This document shows positions 117,301 to 129,000 of a DNA stretch of 248,000 bases, piece after piece. Origin of the DNA: Hyalangium minutum (GTDB lineage Bacteria > Myxococcota > Myxococcia > Myxococcales > Myxococcaceae); assembly GCF_000737315.1 (NCBI RefSeq), contig NZ_JMCB01000001.1:20001-268000 (forward strand), written 5' to 3'. Position numbers and translations under genes: made by a program. Every line of letters begins with the position of its first letter. Within the stretch, counting starts at the first letter, position 1. The notes under the pieces are model-generated. The model worked only from the letters and a program-made list of their open reading frames with translations, had not been told where the DNA came from and searched no databases.

Positions 117301-120043
117301 GGGGGCAGCCGTTGAGCTCGGCAAGCTCTGGGTCCAGGGTGCCTCGCTCCCCTGGTCAGCCCTGGGCCCGGCAGGGGCCCGTCGAGTCGTGTCCCTGCCG
117401 GGGTACCCCTTCGCCCGGGTACGCTGCTGGCCTCGACAGAAGAGCCCTGCCTTGCCCGTGAGCCCTTCCCCCACGCGCCCAGCCCCTCCACCCGTGCCCC
117501 CTGTGGCAGTGGCGCCTGTGGCCGTGACGCCTGCCGCGTCGCGGGAGGCTGAGCCATCTCCCATGCCCCCCTCGCTCGCCAGCCAGCGGCCCATCACCCG
117601 CTACGCCAGCGTACGAGAGGGGCTGCGTGAGTACCTGCGTGCCGTGCTCGCCCAGGTGCTCATGGTCCCGCTCGAGGAGATCGACGCGGAGACGCCCTTC
117701 CCGAACTACGGCGTCGACTCCCTGGTGGCGATGGACATCGTGAAGCTCCTGGAGCGGGACTTCGGCTCGCTCCAGCGCAGCCTGCTCTTCGAGCACGTCT
117801 CGATCGCGCCTCTGGCGGACTTCCTCGCCACGGAGCACCGCAAGCACAGCGAGGCGCTGTTCGGCCCCAACGCCCAGCACGCACCGCTGGCGCTGGTGGT
117901 CCAGGAGGACGAAGCGCCTCTGGAGGCTCCGCCCGACTCCCTCTCCGCGCCAGAGGCCTCCCCTGCTCCCCTCGCCGTGTCAGAGGCTCCCCCGACGGCG
118001 GCTCCGGTCTATGCCGCGGCGACCCCCGTGCCTCGGGCCCCGCAACCGGGTCCCGGCCCCATGGACATCGCCATCATCGGTGTGGGCGGCGTCTTCCCGG
118101 GCTCGCGGAGCCTGAAGGACTTCTGGCGCAACCTGGAGGAGTGCCGCGATCTCATCAGCGAGGTGCCCGCCGAGCGCTTCGACTGGCGGCCTCACTTCGG
118201 TGACGCCAAGCGCGAGGCCCACAAAAGCGTCACCCGGTGGGCCGGCTTTATCGACGGCGTGGACCGGTTCGACCCGCTCTTCTTCAACATCGCTCCGCGG
118301 GAAGCAGAGCTGATGGACCCCAAGCAGCGCATCTTCCTCGAGGTGGTCTGGCATACGCTCGAGGATGCGGGCTACCGGCCCTCGCAGTTCAAGAAGTCGC
118401 GGACGGGCGTCTACGTCGGGACGACCAGCATGGACTACTACCAGGTCCTGCACGACGCGAACCTCCACGACGACGCCTACGCTCCCTCGGGGCTGGCCCC
118501 GGCAGTGCTGGCCAACCGCGTCTCCTTCCTGCTGGGCCTCCACGGCCCCAGCGAGCCCGTTGACACCGCCTGCTCCAGCTCGCTCGTGGCGCTGCACAAC
118601 GCGGTGCGCGCCATCCAGTACGGGGACTGTGATCAGGCCATCGCCGGGGGCGTCAACGTGCTGCTCACCCCAGACCTCTTCGTCGCCTTCAGCCAAGCCG
118701 GGTTCATGTCACCGGATGGCCGCTGCAAGGCCTTCTCGCGCGAGGCCAACGGCTTCGTCCGGGGAGAGGGCGCGGGGGCCGTGCTGCTCAAGCCCCTGCA
118801 CCAAGCTGTCGCGGACGGCGATCACATCTATGCCGTCATCAAAGGCTCGGGTGTCAACCATGGGGGTGAGGTGCAGTCACTCACCGTTCCGAACCCCTGG
118901 GCCCAGGCGGAGCTCATCGCCTCGGTGCTCGAGCGAGCCGGAGTCGATCCCGAGACGGTGGGCTACATCGAGACTCACGGCACCGGCACCGCGCTGGGTG
119001 ATCCCCTGGAGATCAACGGGCTGAAGCGCGCCTTCTCGCAACTGCTGAACAAGCAGGGCCGCACGCCCTCCCGCACGGGCTTCTGTGCCCTGGGTGCGAT
119101 CAAGAGCAACATGGGCCACCTGGAGGCCGCCGCGGGCATCGCCGGCCTCATCAAGGCGCTGCTGTGCATGAAGTACCGGCGGCTGCCCGGCATCGTCCAC
119201 CTGCGCGAGCCCAATCCGGACATTGATCTGCGCAACAGCCCGTTCTACCTGCTGGACCAGACCCGGCCCTGGGAGCCGCTGCGCGACGCCGAAGGCAACC
119301 CCCTGCCGCTCCGAGCCGGAATCACCTCGCTGGGGTTCGGTGGCTCCAACGCGCACGTGGTGGTCGAGGAGTATGTCCCCCCGTCCGCCGAGCACCGCCG
119401 CGCGGCGACCCCCGCCGAGCCTCAGCTCTTCGTCCTATCTGCCCAGGCCGAGGATCGGCTGCGCGAGTCCGTCGAGCAGTTGCTCTCCCATCTCACGGAC
119501 GAGGGAATCCGGGATGAGGAGCTGGCCGACGTCGCCTGGACCCTGCAGGTGGGCCGGGACGCCCTGCCCGCCCGGCTTGCCGTGGTGGCCACCCGCGCCG
119601 AGGAGCTGAAGGCCCGGCTGCGCGACTGGCTGGACGGACGCGCGGACACGCAGCACGTGCTCTCCGCGACCGTCGCCGTGAGGCGCGGGGGCAAGAAGGG
119701 CTCCACCCCGGGCAATGGCGCGGCGGCCGGCCTGGAGACGGCCCTCGCGGCCCGGGATCTGCCCGGGCTCGCCCAGCTGTGGATCTCCGGTGTGGAGCTC
119801 CCGTGGGCGTCGCTCCACCCGGCCGGTGCACGGCGGCGGGTCGCGCTGCCGGGCTACCCCTTCGCCCGCGAGCGCTACTGGGTGGAGCCGGCGCCCGCGC
119901 CCCTCCGCCTCGTTCCCCAGCCCCAAGCCGTGACCCGCCCGGAGCAGCAGCCGGATCAGAAAGTAGAGCTCCGAGAGCTGCTGCGGCAGCTCAAGCACCG
120001 GGAGCGGTCTGTCGATGAGGTCGCAAACCTGCTGAGGGGCTGA
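111329..120043 (+). CDS. Trans-AT PKS3: ACP, KS6-KR-ACP, KS7-ACP, KS8
   Basis: three intact KS, one GGLGGVG KR. Confidence 0.92.
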   Translation: MTERIVSTNSTLQAYTREILEKFVRKELSREEALVLLRSPARPAAEPAAPAVPEEPSLAEATTRYLARQLEELGKAAAPERNFMELGLGSADLLELNTRLERDLRIDLVPTVFFDHSSVGRLADYLARTFPEQLAHALRESPSEVPSAPAPSPAPTPTPTPAPLPTATPLAHTAPSKQPRNEPSGAPGTRTGDIAIIGMAGLFPQSPDLDTFWKNLAAAKDLVEEVPRERWDVAAWYDPTQTQPNRISCKWGSFVPDVDKFDPLFFHISPREAEVMDPQVRLLLQVLYSTAEDAGCVSALRGSHTGMFVGACFRDYDDEMLRRGLPVGPHDGTGNAATMLANRPSFFFDLKGPSLTVDTACSSSLVALHLACQALRRGECDMAFAAGVNLILSPRHYLHFSAMKALSPTGHCHAFDSTADGYVPGEAVAAVLLKPLEQALRDGDPIHAVIKGTSVNHGGYTNSITAPSPAMQAELLLEAWKDAGIDPETLSYIEAHGTGTRLGDPIEVEGLKLAFARHTTKQRFCALGSAKAHLGHTEAAAGLTGLVKVVLSMNRGLIPSMPGFRELNPFIKLEGSPLYINEKPKAWLTPVGAPRRAGVSSFGFGGANAHVVLEEYVQPRPEAASETTGMPLLFPFSARDEVRLRELVERFESFLSRDAGPSLAEVAYTLQTGRATLASRLAIIASSHADLLTALKDFQARREVPLPGLVRVREDGSVLLQAEAAPGEAGLAELAGRWLRGEAVTWPAPASESLRRVSLPTSTFARERYWFEATPGVTGVEPAPAQPQLPPAGAELTWFKPEWFPSALSAPSEVPATAGAVLVFDPDGSFTQQVEAQDRLRGSARAVVRIQPGAEFRRVGPRHYELQPEHAADYERLLDALANDGLRLAGILFFWGKRSRFESPDALLEGLDDALGQGLYPLVRLIQALLPRRKDERIQLLYVYRSGGEEVIAHHEALSGLARAVTAAAPWLNFRLLGMDASGTTPELRVERVLAELHASEAATQVEVRYRNGERHVRGVRPVPAHEAAAAMGPAFRQGGIYLITGGLGGVGYELAKYLAGKYRARLVLTGRSPLEDELRRKLSHLEGLGSDAVYVQADVVSRKDVDHCLAYVKARYSGLHGIIHCAGLLKEATLADKRQEDFGTTLAPKVQGTLVLDQATRAAPLELFVVLSSVSTVIGTSLAADYATANRFLDSFAALRESLRQRGQRQGQTLSICYPYWRDGGMRMSPEKEALVLQATGMEPLSSAQGIQALETALALGHQQGLPQILTAFGELEKMQRALQAAPPPPAAAAATPPARPATPPDASQSAALEARLTTELVELAVKTLRLQGTVNPRSELSGYGFESITILEFTQALNARYGTALSPALFYEHRTIEGYVRFLLSKHAATLLGTLPEHAPAPTPGVATSPVPSSGPREEQSAETRQDEAIAVVGMAGVFPGSPDLETFWSNIQAGRDLVGEIPRERFRWEDFHGDGVPEERRITSPRGGFIQDVDCFDPLLFNLSPLEAELMDPQQRIFLEMVWRTLEDAGYRPEELSRRKTGVFVGVSNVDYRDVLAGAGRMSEVYITTGLSTSLIPNRVSYLFDWSGPSEPVDTGCSSSLVALHRAMAALRAGDCDAAVVGGINLLLSPTPFIACSRAGMLSPDGRCMTFDKRANGYVRGEGAGALLLKPLSRALADGDRIHAVIRGTAINHGGHAQGLTVPNPTAQSQVLISVYEKAGVDPATLGFIEAHGTGTSLGDPIEVNGLRKLFQHFHGDTSPAGARCGLGTVKSNIGHLESAAGIAGVIKVILSLKHRTLPASLHCQELNPFIDLSGSPLYIVRETQPWEAREDAQGQRLPRRAGVSSFGFGGVNAHALLEEYVEAPTSPAQETPRLMGGQELIVLSARNAERLTESARRLATFLQRAEASAPPLADIARTLREGRREMEHRLAIIASSVGELRARLEDFLAGQKHAALLTGKASSESPSLQLMEESEEGRAFIASLVRKGAAVELGKLWVQGASLPWSALGPAGARRVVSLPGYPFARVRCWPRQKSPALPVSPSPTRPAPPPVPPVAVAPVAVTPAASREAEPSPMPPSLASQRPITRYASVREGLREYLRAVLAQVLMVPLEEIDAETPFPNYGVDSLVAMDIVKLLERDFGSLQRSLLFEHVSIAPLADFLATEHRKHSEALFGPNAQHAPLALVVQEDEAPLEAPPDSLSAPEASPAPLAVSEAPPTAAPVYAAATPVPRAPQPGPGPMDIAIIGVGGVFPGSRSLKDFWRNLEECRDLISEVPAERFDWRPHFGDAKREAHKSVTRWAGFIDGVDRFDPLFFNIAPREAELMDPKQRIFLEVVWHTLEDAGYRPSQFKKSRTGVYVGTTSMDYYQVLHDANLHDDAYAPSGLAPAVLANRVSFLLGLHGPSEPVDTACSSSLVALHNAVRAIQYGDCDQAIAGGVNVLLTPDLFVAFSQAGFMSPDGRCKAFSREANGFVRGEGAGAVLLKPLHQAVADGDHIYAVIKGSGVNHGGEVQSLTVPNPWAQAELIASVLERAGVDPETVGYIETHGTGTALGDPLEINGLKRAFSQLLNKQGRTPSRTGFCALGAIKSNMGHLEAAAGIAGLIKALLCMKYRRLPGIVHLREPNPDIDLRNSPFYLLDQTRPWEPLRDAEGNPLPLRAGITSLGFGGSNAHVVVEEYVPPSAEHRRAATPAEPQLFVLSAQAEDRLRESVEQLLSHLTDEGIRDEELADVAWTLQVGRDALPARLAVVATRAEELKARLRDWLDGRADTQHVLSATVAVRRGGKKGSTPGNGAAAGLETALAARDLPGLAQLWISGVELPWASLHPAGARRRVALPGYPFARERYWVEPAPAPLRLVPQPQAVTRPEQQPDQKVELRELLRQLKHRERSVDEVANLLRG

Positions 120044-120083
120044 TCACGCCCCCGAACCGCCGCATGGCCCTGGAAGAGACCGG

Positions 120084-123000
120084 ATGAAGCTCGACAAGAG
120101 ACAGATCCTCCAGCAAGTGGAGAGCGGCGACCTGGAGATCGACCAGGCCGTGGAGCTGCTCGCACGCCTGGGCATCGCCCCCAAGGCCGCGCCGGCCGAG
120201 CCGCTCGGACACGTCTACTACGAGTCGCGCTGGGAGCCGGCCCCGGCTCCAGCGGAGCGCCTCGCGCCGGGGCAGCGGGTGCTGCTCGTCGGAGAGCGCG
120301 AAGCCGCCATGGACGCGCTCCGGGCGGCGCTCACCGGACACGAGGTCGTCTCCGTCCTCCCGGGGACGGGCTTCCGGAGGCTCGCGGCCGATCAATATGA
120401 GGTGGACCTGGGCAGCGAAGAGCACGGCGCAAGGCTCCTGGCCGAGCTCGCCGGGGCCGGGTTCTTCCCCACGCAGGTACTGCACCTGTGGCGAGGTGGC
120501 CCCGACGCGTCGCTGGAAGAGGCCAGCGACGCGCGAGCGTTGGAGACGGGCGTCCACGCGGCGTTCACGCTGGTGAAGGCGCTGCTCGCGCAGGCCCCCA
120601 AGCAGGAGCTCACCCTGCTGTCCGCGTGTCTGGGTCCCGGAGGCGCGCCCGCGTGCGCCGCCGTGGCGGGCTTCCTGGCCGTGGCGGAGCAGGAGAACCC
120701 GAAGCTTCGGGGCAAAACGGTCCACATGCGGGAGCCCTCCCCCACCGTGGCCGCGGAGCTCCTTCTGGCAGAGCTGCCGAGCCTGTCCGAGGCCGAGGTC
120801 CGCTACGACGCGAACGGCCGCCAGGCACGCCGCCTTGCCGAGCTGACGATCCCCGACGTGGAGACGCCCGGCCCGCTGCGGCAGGGCGGCGTGTACCTGA
120901 TCACCGGAGGCGCGGGTGGGCTCGGGTTGCTGTTCGCCCGGCACCTGGTGGCCACGGCGGGCGCCCGGCTCATCCTCACGGGGCGCAGCCAGCGACCTTC
121001 CGCGCAGCAAGAGCAGCTCTTCCGAGAGCTGGAGACGCTCGGAGGCCAGGTGGTGTACTGCCCGGCGGACGTCACCGTGCTGGCGGACATGGAGCGGGCC
121101 GTGCGGCTCGCCCGGGAGCGTTTCGGGAGGCTCGACGGGGTTCTCCACGCAGCGGGCGTCCTCGAGGACGCCTTCCTCGTCCGCAAGTCGTGGGACTCCT
121201 TCCAGCGGGTCCTGGCCCCCAAGACCCATGGCGTCCTCGCGCTCGATCACGCCACGCGAGAGGAGGCGCTTGATTTCTTCGCGCTCTTCTCTTCCACGGC
121301 GACGGTGCTGGGCCGTGCCGGCCAGGCGGACTACGCTGCGGCCAACCATTTCATGGACGAGTTCGCCGCCGCGCGAAACGCCCAGGTGGCCGAGGGCCGT
121401 AGGACGGGCCATACCGTGAGCATCGCCTGGCCGCTGTGGCAGGGCGGCGGGATGAACATCTCGGAGGCCGACCGGGAGACGATGGAGCGCATCACGGGCA
121501 TGACCGTGATGGGTGCGGAGGAGGGCTTCACGGCGTTCACCCACGCCCTGCGCAGTGGCCGCTCCCTGGTCGCTGTCCTCTACGGGCGCGGAGCCCGCAT
121601 CCGCGACTTCATCGAGCGCCGAGGCTCACGCAAGCCCGCGCCGGCTGCTCCCGCGCCTCGGGCGGGTGCCCCGCGGGACCGGGCGGAGCTGGCACGCGGC
121701 GCGGAGGAGTACCTGCTGGAGCTCATCTCGCGAGAGACGCGCCTGCCGCGCCAGCGCATCGACGTGAAGCAGGGCCTGGATGCGATCGGCCTGGACTCGA
121801 TGCTGATCAACCGGCTGAACGTGCTCCTGGAGGACCCTTTCGGTTCCCTCTCCAAGACGCTGTTCTTCGAGTACCAGAGCATCCGTGAGCTGGCGGGCTA
121901 CTTCTCCGAGCACCACACCGAGGCGCTCGCCGCGCTCCTCTCCCCCGCGTCCTCCTCCGAGGCCCCGCCTGCGGCGGAGGAGCCCACCCAGAGCCCCGAG
122001 CGATCCCCTGCCCCTGCTCCCGTGCAACAGGCCCCGGCGGCCCCGGTCACCGGGGACATCGCCATCGTCGGGCTCAGCGGCAGGTATCCGGACGCCGAGG
122101 ACCTGCAGGAGTTCTGGGAGAACCTGGCCCAGGGGCGCAACAGCGTGGGCCAGGTCCCGCGGGAGCGCTGGGATCTGTCGCGCTATCCGGGCCTGGAGCT
122201 GAACACCCGGGAGCGGCAGGGCCTCCAGTGGGGCTCCTTCCTGCGCGAGGTGGACACGTTCGACCCGCTGTTCTTCAACATCGCGCCCAGGGACGCGGAG
122301 GTGATGGATCCGCAGGAGCGCCTCTTCCTGGAGACGGCCTGGTCGGCGCTGGAGGATGCGGGCTACTCGCGGCCGGAGCTCCAGCGCACGAGCCGCGAGG
122401 GAGACGAGAGCGCGGTAGGCGTCTTCGTCGGCGTCACCTTCGGCCAGTACCAATCCATTGGCGTGGAGGAGTGGGGACACGGCAACTACATCAGCCCGGG
122501 CTCTTCCTTCTGGTCCATCGCCAACCGGCTCTCCTACGTGTTGAACGTGAACGGGCCGAGCATGCCCGTGGACACCGCGTGCTCCGCCTCGCTCACGGCG
122601 GTGCACATGGCCTGCGAGAGCCTGCGCCGGGGCGATTGCCGGGTCGCCGTCGCGGGTGGAGTGAACCTGAACATCCACCCGGCCAAGTACGTGGCCCTGG
122701 CGCGGCTCAAGTTCCTCTCCACCGAGGGCAAGTGCCGCGCCTTTGGCGATGGAGGAGATGGGTACGTGCCCGGTGAGGGCGTGGGCGCCGTGGTGCTCAA
122801 GCCGCTCGCCCAGGCGGAGGCAGATGGGGACCACATCTACGCCGTCATCAAGGGCAGCACCATCAACCACGGGGGCAAGACGAATGGCTATACCGTCCCC
122901 AACCCCAAGGCCCAGGCCAGCCTCGTCTCTCGCGCGCTGCGCACCGCGGGGGTCAACGCGCGCACCGTGGGCTACGTGGAGGCCCACGGCACGGGCACGT

Positions 123001-126000
123001 CGCTGGGTGACCCGATCGAGATCACCGGCCTCAACAAGGCGTTCCGGGAGCACACGCAGGACCGGCAGTTCTGCGCCATCGGCTCGGTGAAGACCAACGT
123101 GGGGCACCTGGAGTCCGCCGCGGGCATCGCCTCGCTCACCAAGGTGCTGCTGCAGCTGCGGCACCAGCAGCTCGCACCCTCGCTGCATGCGGAGACGCTC
123201 AACCGGAATATCGACTTCGGCAGCTCGCCGTTCTTCGTGCAGCGGGAGCTGGCGCCCTGGCCAAGCCCGGCCGTGACGGGGCCCGATGGAAGGGTGCGGA
123301 CCCTGCCCCGCCGCGCGGCGATCAGCTCCTTCGGGGCGGGCGGCGCGAACGCGCACCTCATCCTCGAGGAGTACGTGGCGCCTCGCGCGGAGCGCCCCCA
123401 GGCCTTGGGGCCCGAGCTGGTGCTGCTGTCAGCGAAGAACACCGGGCGCCTGCGGGCCTACGCGAGCCGGCTGAAGCAGCACCTGCGGCGCCTCCAGTCC
123501 TCGGCCGGGGCCATGCCCCCGCTGGGAGACCTTGCCTACACGCTCCAGGTGGGCCGAGAGGCGCTCGAGGAGCGTCTGGCGCTGGTGGTCGGCAGCGTGG
123601 ACGAGCTGGTAGTCCGGCTGGAGGAGTTCGAGCAGGGCCAGCTCCACGGAGCTCAGGCGTACCTCGGCCGCGTGCCGGAGGAGCGCACCGCCGCCGCGGA
123701 GGTGGAGCTGCCCCGCGCCCAGGAGCTCATCCGCCGCAGGGACTGGGCCACGCTGGCCCGGCTGTGGGTGGAAGGCCACTCCGTCCCCTGGGGCGAGGTG
123801 TACCTCGGCCAGGGCCGCCGCGTGTCGCTGCCCACCTACCCCTTCGAGCGGAAGCGCTTCTGGGTGCCGCTGAGTCACCCCAGCGCCAAGGCTCCCCAGG
123901 CCGCTGCCGCGCTGCACCCGCTGCTCGACCGGGCCGTACCGAGCCTGAACGGGACCGTCTTCGAGAAGCGCTTCCGGCGCGACGAGCCCCTGCTGCGGGA
124001 TCACCATGTCCGGGGCAAGCCCGTGGTAGCGGGCGTGGTCCAACTGGAGATGGTACGTGCGGCCGTAGCGGCGGCCGGCGCTGGGGCCCTGTCCTCCCTG
124101 AACGACGTGGTGTGGCTCTCCACCGTGGAAGTGTCCACGGACTCGACCCTGGTGCAGCTCGCCTTGACACCTCGGGAGGATGGTTTCTCCTACGAGGTGA
124201 GCATCCCGGGCACCGCCAGCACCTGCTCCCGGGGCCGCGTACGGTTCCAGGACACAGAGCCCTCGGGCACGCCACCCCGGGTGGATCTCCAGGCGCTTCA
124301 GGCGAGGTGCCAGCAGCGCATCGGCAAGGCAGCGCTGTACGAAGGCTTCCGCGCGGTCGGCCTGGAATACGGGCCTTCCTTCCAGTGCGTGGAGGAGCTC
124401 TGGGTGCACGGCCGTGAGGTCGTCGGGGAGCTGCGCCTGGGAGCCCAGGCCGCGCCAGAGCTCGAACACTTCGCGCTGCACCCCTCGCTGGTGGATGCGG
124501 CGCTGCATACGCTCCAGGGACTGACTGCGGGGGAGTCCAGCAACGGCGAGCCGCAGACCCTGATCCCCTTCTCGGTGGCCGAGGTGCGGGTGTATGGCCG
124601 GCTGCCAGCGCGGTGCTTCGCGTATGCGCAGCTGCGCGAGAACAACCGGGAGAGCGGCGTGGCCCGGTTCAACATGGCCATCCTCGACGAGTCCGGCCAG
124701 TGCCTCGTGCTGTTCAAGGACTTCGCTGCACGGCGGCTCCGCGTAGCGCACGGGCCTGCCGCAGCGCCCATCCACGAGGCAGCCCCCCTTCCAGCGTCCG
124801 TCCCCAGCTCGGGCTTCTTCTACCAGCCGCTCTGGAAGGAGCAGCCGCTGCCCGCCGTCGAGGCCCCCTCGAAGCCCGAGGGTGGCACGGTGCTCATCTT
124901 CACCCACCCGCAGGACTGCGGGCTGGGTGCCCGGCTTGCGGCGCAGTACGGCGAGCACCGGGCCGTCCTCGTCAGCCTGGAGGACGCATGGAACGCCGAG
125001 AGCCCTGGGCTCTTGCGCATCAACCACCGTGACGCGAATCACTACTCGCACGTGCTCGCGCAGCTGCGAGAGCCGTCGGCCATCTACTTCCTCGGTGGCA
125101 TGCAGTCCAAGCGCTATAGCGCCAATGACGTGCAGCACCTGGCGCGCATGGAGGAGCGGGGTGTGGTCTCCCTGCTGCGGCTGGCCCGCGGCCTCGCGGC
125201 GCACCCTCCCGGCGCCATCCCGCTGAAGGTCGTCACCAACGACGTGTACCGCGTGCGCGAACGGGACGCCGCGTTCAACCCCTTCGCCAGCGCACTCGTT
125301 GGTTTCACCAAGGTCCTCTCTCGCGAGTTCCGCCAGCTCCAGGTGAGCTGCATCGACGTGGCGAAGGCCGAGCTCGACGCCGGTGAGGACACCGCAGCCG
125401 CAGTGCTGCGCGGTCTGCTAGCGGAGCCGGGCCTTAGCGCCGCCCTCCAGAGCGCGCTAAGGGAGGGCCGGCGCTTCGTCCAGCACCTCCATGCGGTGGA
125501 GCTGCCCGAGACAGCGCCGCAGGCGCTGTCCTTCGTGGACCGCGGCGTGTACCTCATCCTCGGAGGGGCGGGCGGCCTGGGGCTCGTTGTCGCTGAGCAC
125601 CTGGCCCGGCGGTGCAGGGCCCGGCTGGTGCTGGTCGGGCGCAGCCCGCTGCGCGAGGAGACCCGCCGCCGCATGCAGGCCATCGAAGCCGCAGGGGGTG
125701 AGGCGCTCTACCTCCAGGCAGATCTGTGCGACGTGGCGGCCATGCGGAACGTGGTCCTCCAGACACGCGCTCGCTTCGGCCCCATCTCCGGCGTCATCCA
125801 CTCGGCCATCGTCCTCCAGGACGGCGTCATCGGGCGCATGACGGAGGAGCAGCTGCGCGCGGCGCTGGCCCCGAAGGCACGCGGACTGGTCGTCCTGCAC
125901 CACGTGCTGGAAGCCGAGCCGCTCGACTTCATCGCCTGCTTCTCCTCGGCGCTCTCCTTCACGAGCGCGCCGGGCCAGGCCAACTACGCCGCGGCCTCCA

Positions 126001-129000
126001 CCTTCGAGGACTGCTTCGCCCTGTACCTCGAGCACCGGATGCAGCGCCCGGTGCGTGTCTTCAACTGGGGCTTCTGGGGCGACATCGGCATCGTCGCCAC
126101 GGACACCTACCGCGAGCGCATGGCCCGCCGCGGCATCGAAGCCCTCACCCGCGAAGAAGGCCTGCTCGCCTTCGACCGCGTCATGGCCGGCCGCGCCACT
126201 CAGATCTCTCCCATCAAGCTCCATCCGGAGCTCCTGGAGTCCTTCCACATGGACGCAACCCAGCTTCGGGCCCCCTACCCCGAGACTTTCCCCTCGGTGA
126301 TGACGCCCGTGACCACCCGGCTCGACGGCTTCATCCAGCAGGGCCCGGACATCCCCGGCAACGCGGAGCTGCTGCCGCTGGAGCAGCACGGACGGCTGCT
126401 GCTCCTCCAGGCCTTCCAGGAGATGGGCGCGCTGAGGAACCCTGGCGAGCGCCACACCCTCGGCGAGCTCCGGGAGCGGCTGCGCATCCTGCCCGCTTAT
126501 TCGCGGCTCTACGACGCGATGCTGGACATCCTCTCCAAGGGCGGCTTCGTGCGGCTGGCGGGAGACTCGCTCGAGGCGACGCCCGAGGTTCGCTCCTCGC
126601 ACGCGACGCCGCAAGGCATCCGGGCTCACCGCGAGTCCATGCTGGCGCGGCTGCCAGACGGGCGTGCCTTCCTGGAGCTGGTGGAGGCGTGTGTCGGCTC
126701 CTTGCCCGACGTGCTCACCGGCCGGAAGTCCCACATGGAGGTGATGTTCCCCGGCGGCTCCAAGACGCTCGTGGAGAACGTCTACAAGGGCAACCGGCGC
126801 TCGGACTACTTCAACGATCTGGTCGTCCAGAGCGTGCTGGCGGTGCTGGAAAAGCGCCTGGGAGACTCGCGGCAGGAGAAGATCGCCCTGCTGGAGATCG
126901 GCGCGGGGACGGGCGGCACGAGCGGCCGCGTGTTCGAAGCCATCCAGGCTCACGGCTCGCGCCTGACGTACGACTACACGGACATCTCCAAGAGCTTCGC
127001 GACGCACGGCCAGCGAACCTTCGGCCGCCGCTTCCCCTTCGCATCCTTCAAGGTGCTGGATGTGGAGAAGGACGTCATCGCGCAGGGCTTCAAACCTGGC
127101 GCCTATGATCTCATCCTGGCCACCAACGTTCTGCACGCCACGCGGAACATGACCCACACGCTGCGCCAAGCCAAGGCGCTGCTGAAGACGAACGGCGTGC
127201 TCGTCATCAACGAAGTCACGGTGGTCCAAGACTTCACCACGCTGACGTTCGGACTGACGAGCGGGTGGTGGCTGTTCGAGGATGCGAACCTGCGGCTGCC
127301 GCACTCGCCGCTGCTGGGGCTCAAGGAGTGGCGCTCGGCGCTGGAGAGCCAGGGCTTCCGCCGCGTCATGGGCTTCGGCCTGCCTCGGGGGCGCCCGGAG
127401 GTGGACGGGCAAAACGTCATTCTCTCGGAGAGCGATGGCTGGCTCGACACCTCGCGCAAGCAAGCCCCGTCCGCCCCCGAGCCGCGAGCCGCGAGCTCCA
127501 TGTTGAGCAGCACGGCGCAGCGCTGGACTCCCCCCGCCGCGCCGCAGCCGAGCGCTCCCGCCGCGGCCCAGCTGCCGCCCGCGCCCCCGGCGCGGACCGA
127601 GCCGCAGAAGCACGCGATACCGCCGCCGCCAGCGGCCGAAGCCATCCGGTACCGCCCCCCGGAGGAGCCCCTCGAGCACCGCGTGGTGGCTCCTCCGCCC
127701 GCCCCTGTGCCCGCCCGGGTGGTGGCCTCCTCACCCGTCCCGGCCGACCGGGACGAAGCCCTGCGCGAACACACCCTCACGCTCCTGCGAAGCACCCTCG
127801 CCCAGGTGTTGAAGATGGAGGCCGCGGAGCTGGAGCCGGGCGCCACCTTCGAGTCCTACGGCGTGGACTCGCTGGTGGGCATGGACTTCCTGGACAAGCT
127901 GGAGGGCGACTTCCCCAGCCTGCCCAAGACGCTGCTCTTCGAGCACATCACGCTCGATCAGCTCACCGCCCATTTCCTGCGGACCTTCCCAGAGGTGCTG
128001 CGGCGCAAGTTCGGCGGCAGCCTCGCGGCAGTGCCTCGGTCCCCACTCGCGGCGGAGCGCGCCCCCGCTGCCACGGAGCCCTCCGCGGCGTCCCGGCCCA
128101 CCGAGTCCGGTCGCGCCGCAGCCACGCTCATGGATGCGGCCTCCTTGTTCGGGGAGCCGCCGCCGGCTCCTGCCCAAACCGGAGTCCGTGAAGAGCGCAC
128201 CCCGGCCTCCACGCGCGTGGAGGGCATCGCCATCATCGGCATGAGCGGCCGCTACCCGCAGGCCGAGGATACACGCGCCTTCTGGGAGAACCTGCGTCAG
128301 GGCCGCTCCGCCTTCTCCGAGGTGCCGCCAGAGCGGTGGAGCCACAGCGCCTACCACGACGACACGGGAGAGCGCCCAGGCACCACGTACCACCGGTGGG
128401 GCGCGTTCATCGGGGACGTGGACAAGTTCGATCCGCTCTTCTTCGGCATCGCCCCGCGCGAGGCGCAGCTCATGGATCCTCAGGAGCGGCTCTTCCTGGA
128501 GACAGCCTGGGCCACGCTGGAGGACGCGGGCTGGACGAGCGCGCGGCTCAACCGCTCCGCGCACGCGGACGGGGGACAAGGCGTGGGCGTCTTCGTGGGG
128601 GTGATGTACGGGCCCTACCAGCTGCTCGCGGCCGAGGAGTGGGCACGCGGCAACCGGGTGGACGCCCAGTCCGCCTACTGGTCCATCCCCAACCGGGTCT
128701 CCTACGCCTTCGACTTCCGAGGGCCGAGCCTCGCGGTGGACACGGCATGCTCCTCGTCGCTCACCGCCATCCACCTGGCCTGCGAGAGCCTCCGCCGAGG
128801 CGAGTGCCGGGCCGCACTCGTGGGTGGCGTCAACCTCATCCTCCACCCCAGCCACCACGTGGGGTTGGGGAAGATGTCCATGCTCTCGCGAGACGGGAGC
128901 TGCCGAGCCTTTGGTGAGGGCGCCAGCGGCTTCGTGGCGGGTGAGGGCGTGGGCGCCGTGCTGCTCAAGCCCCTGGCCGACGCCATCCGCGACGGGGACC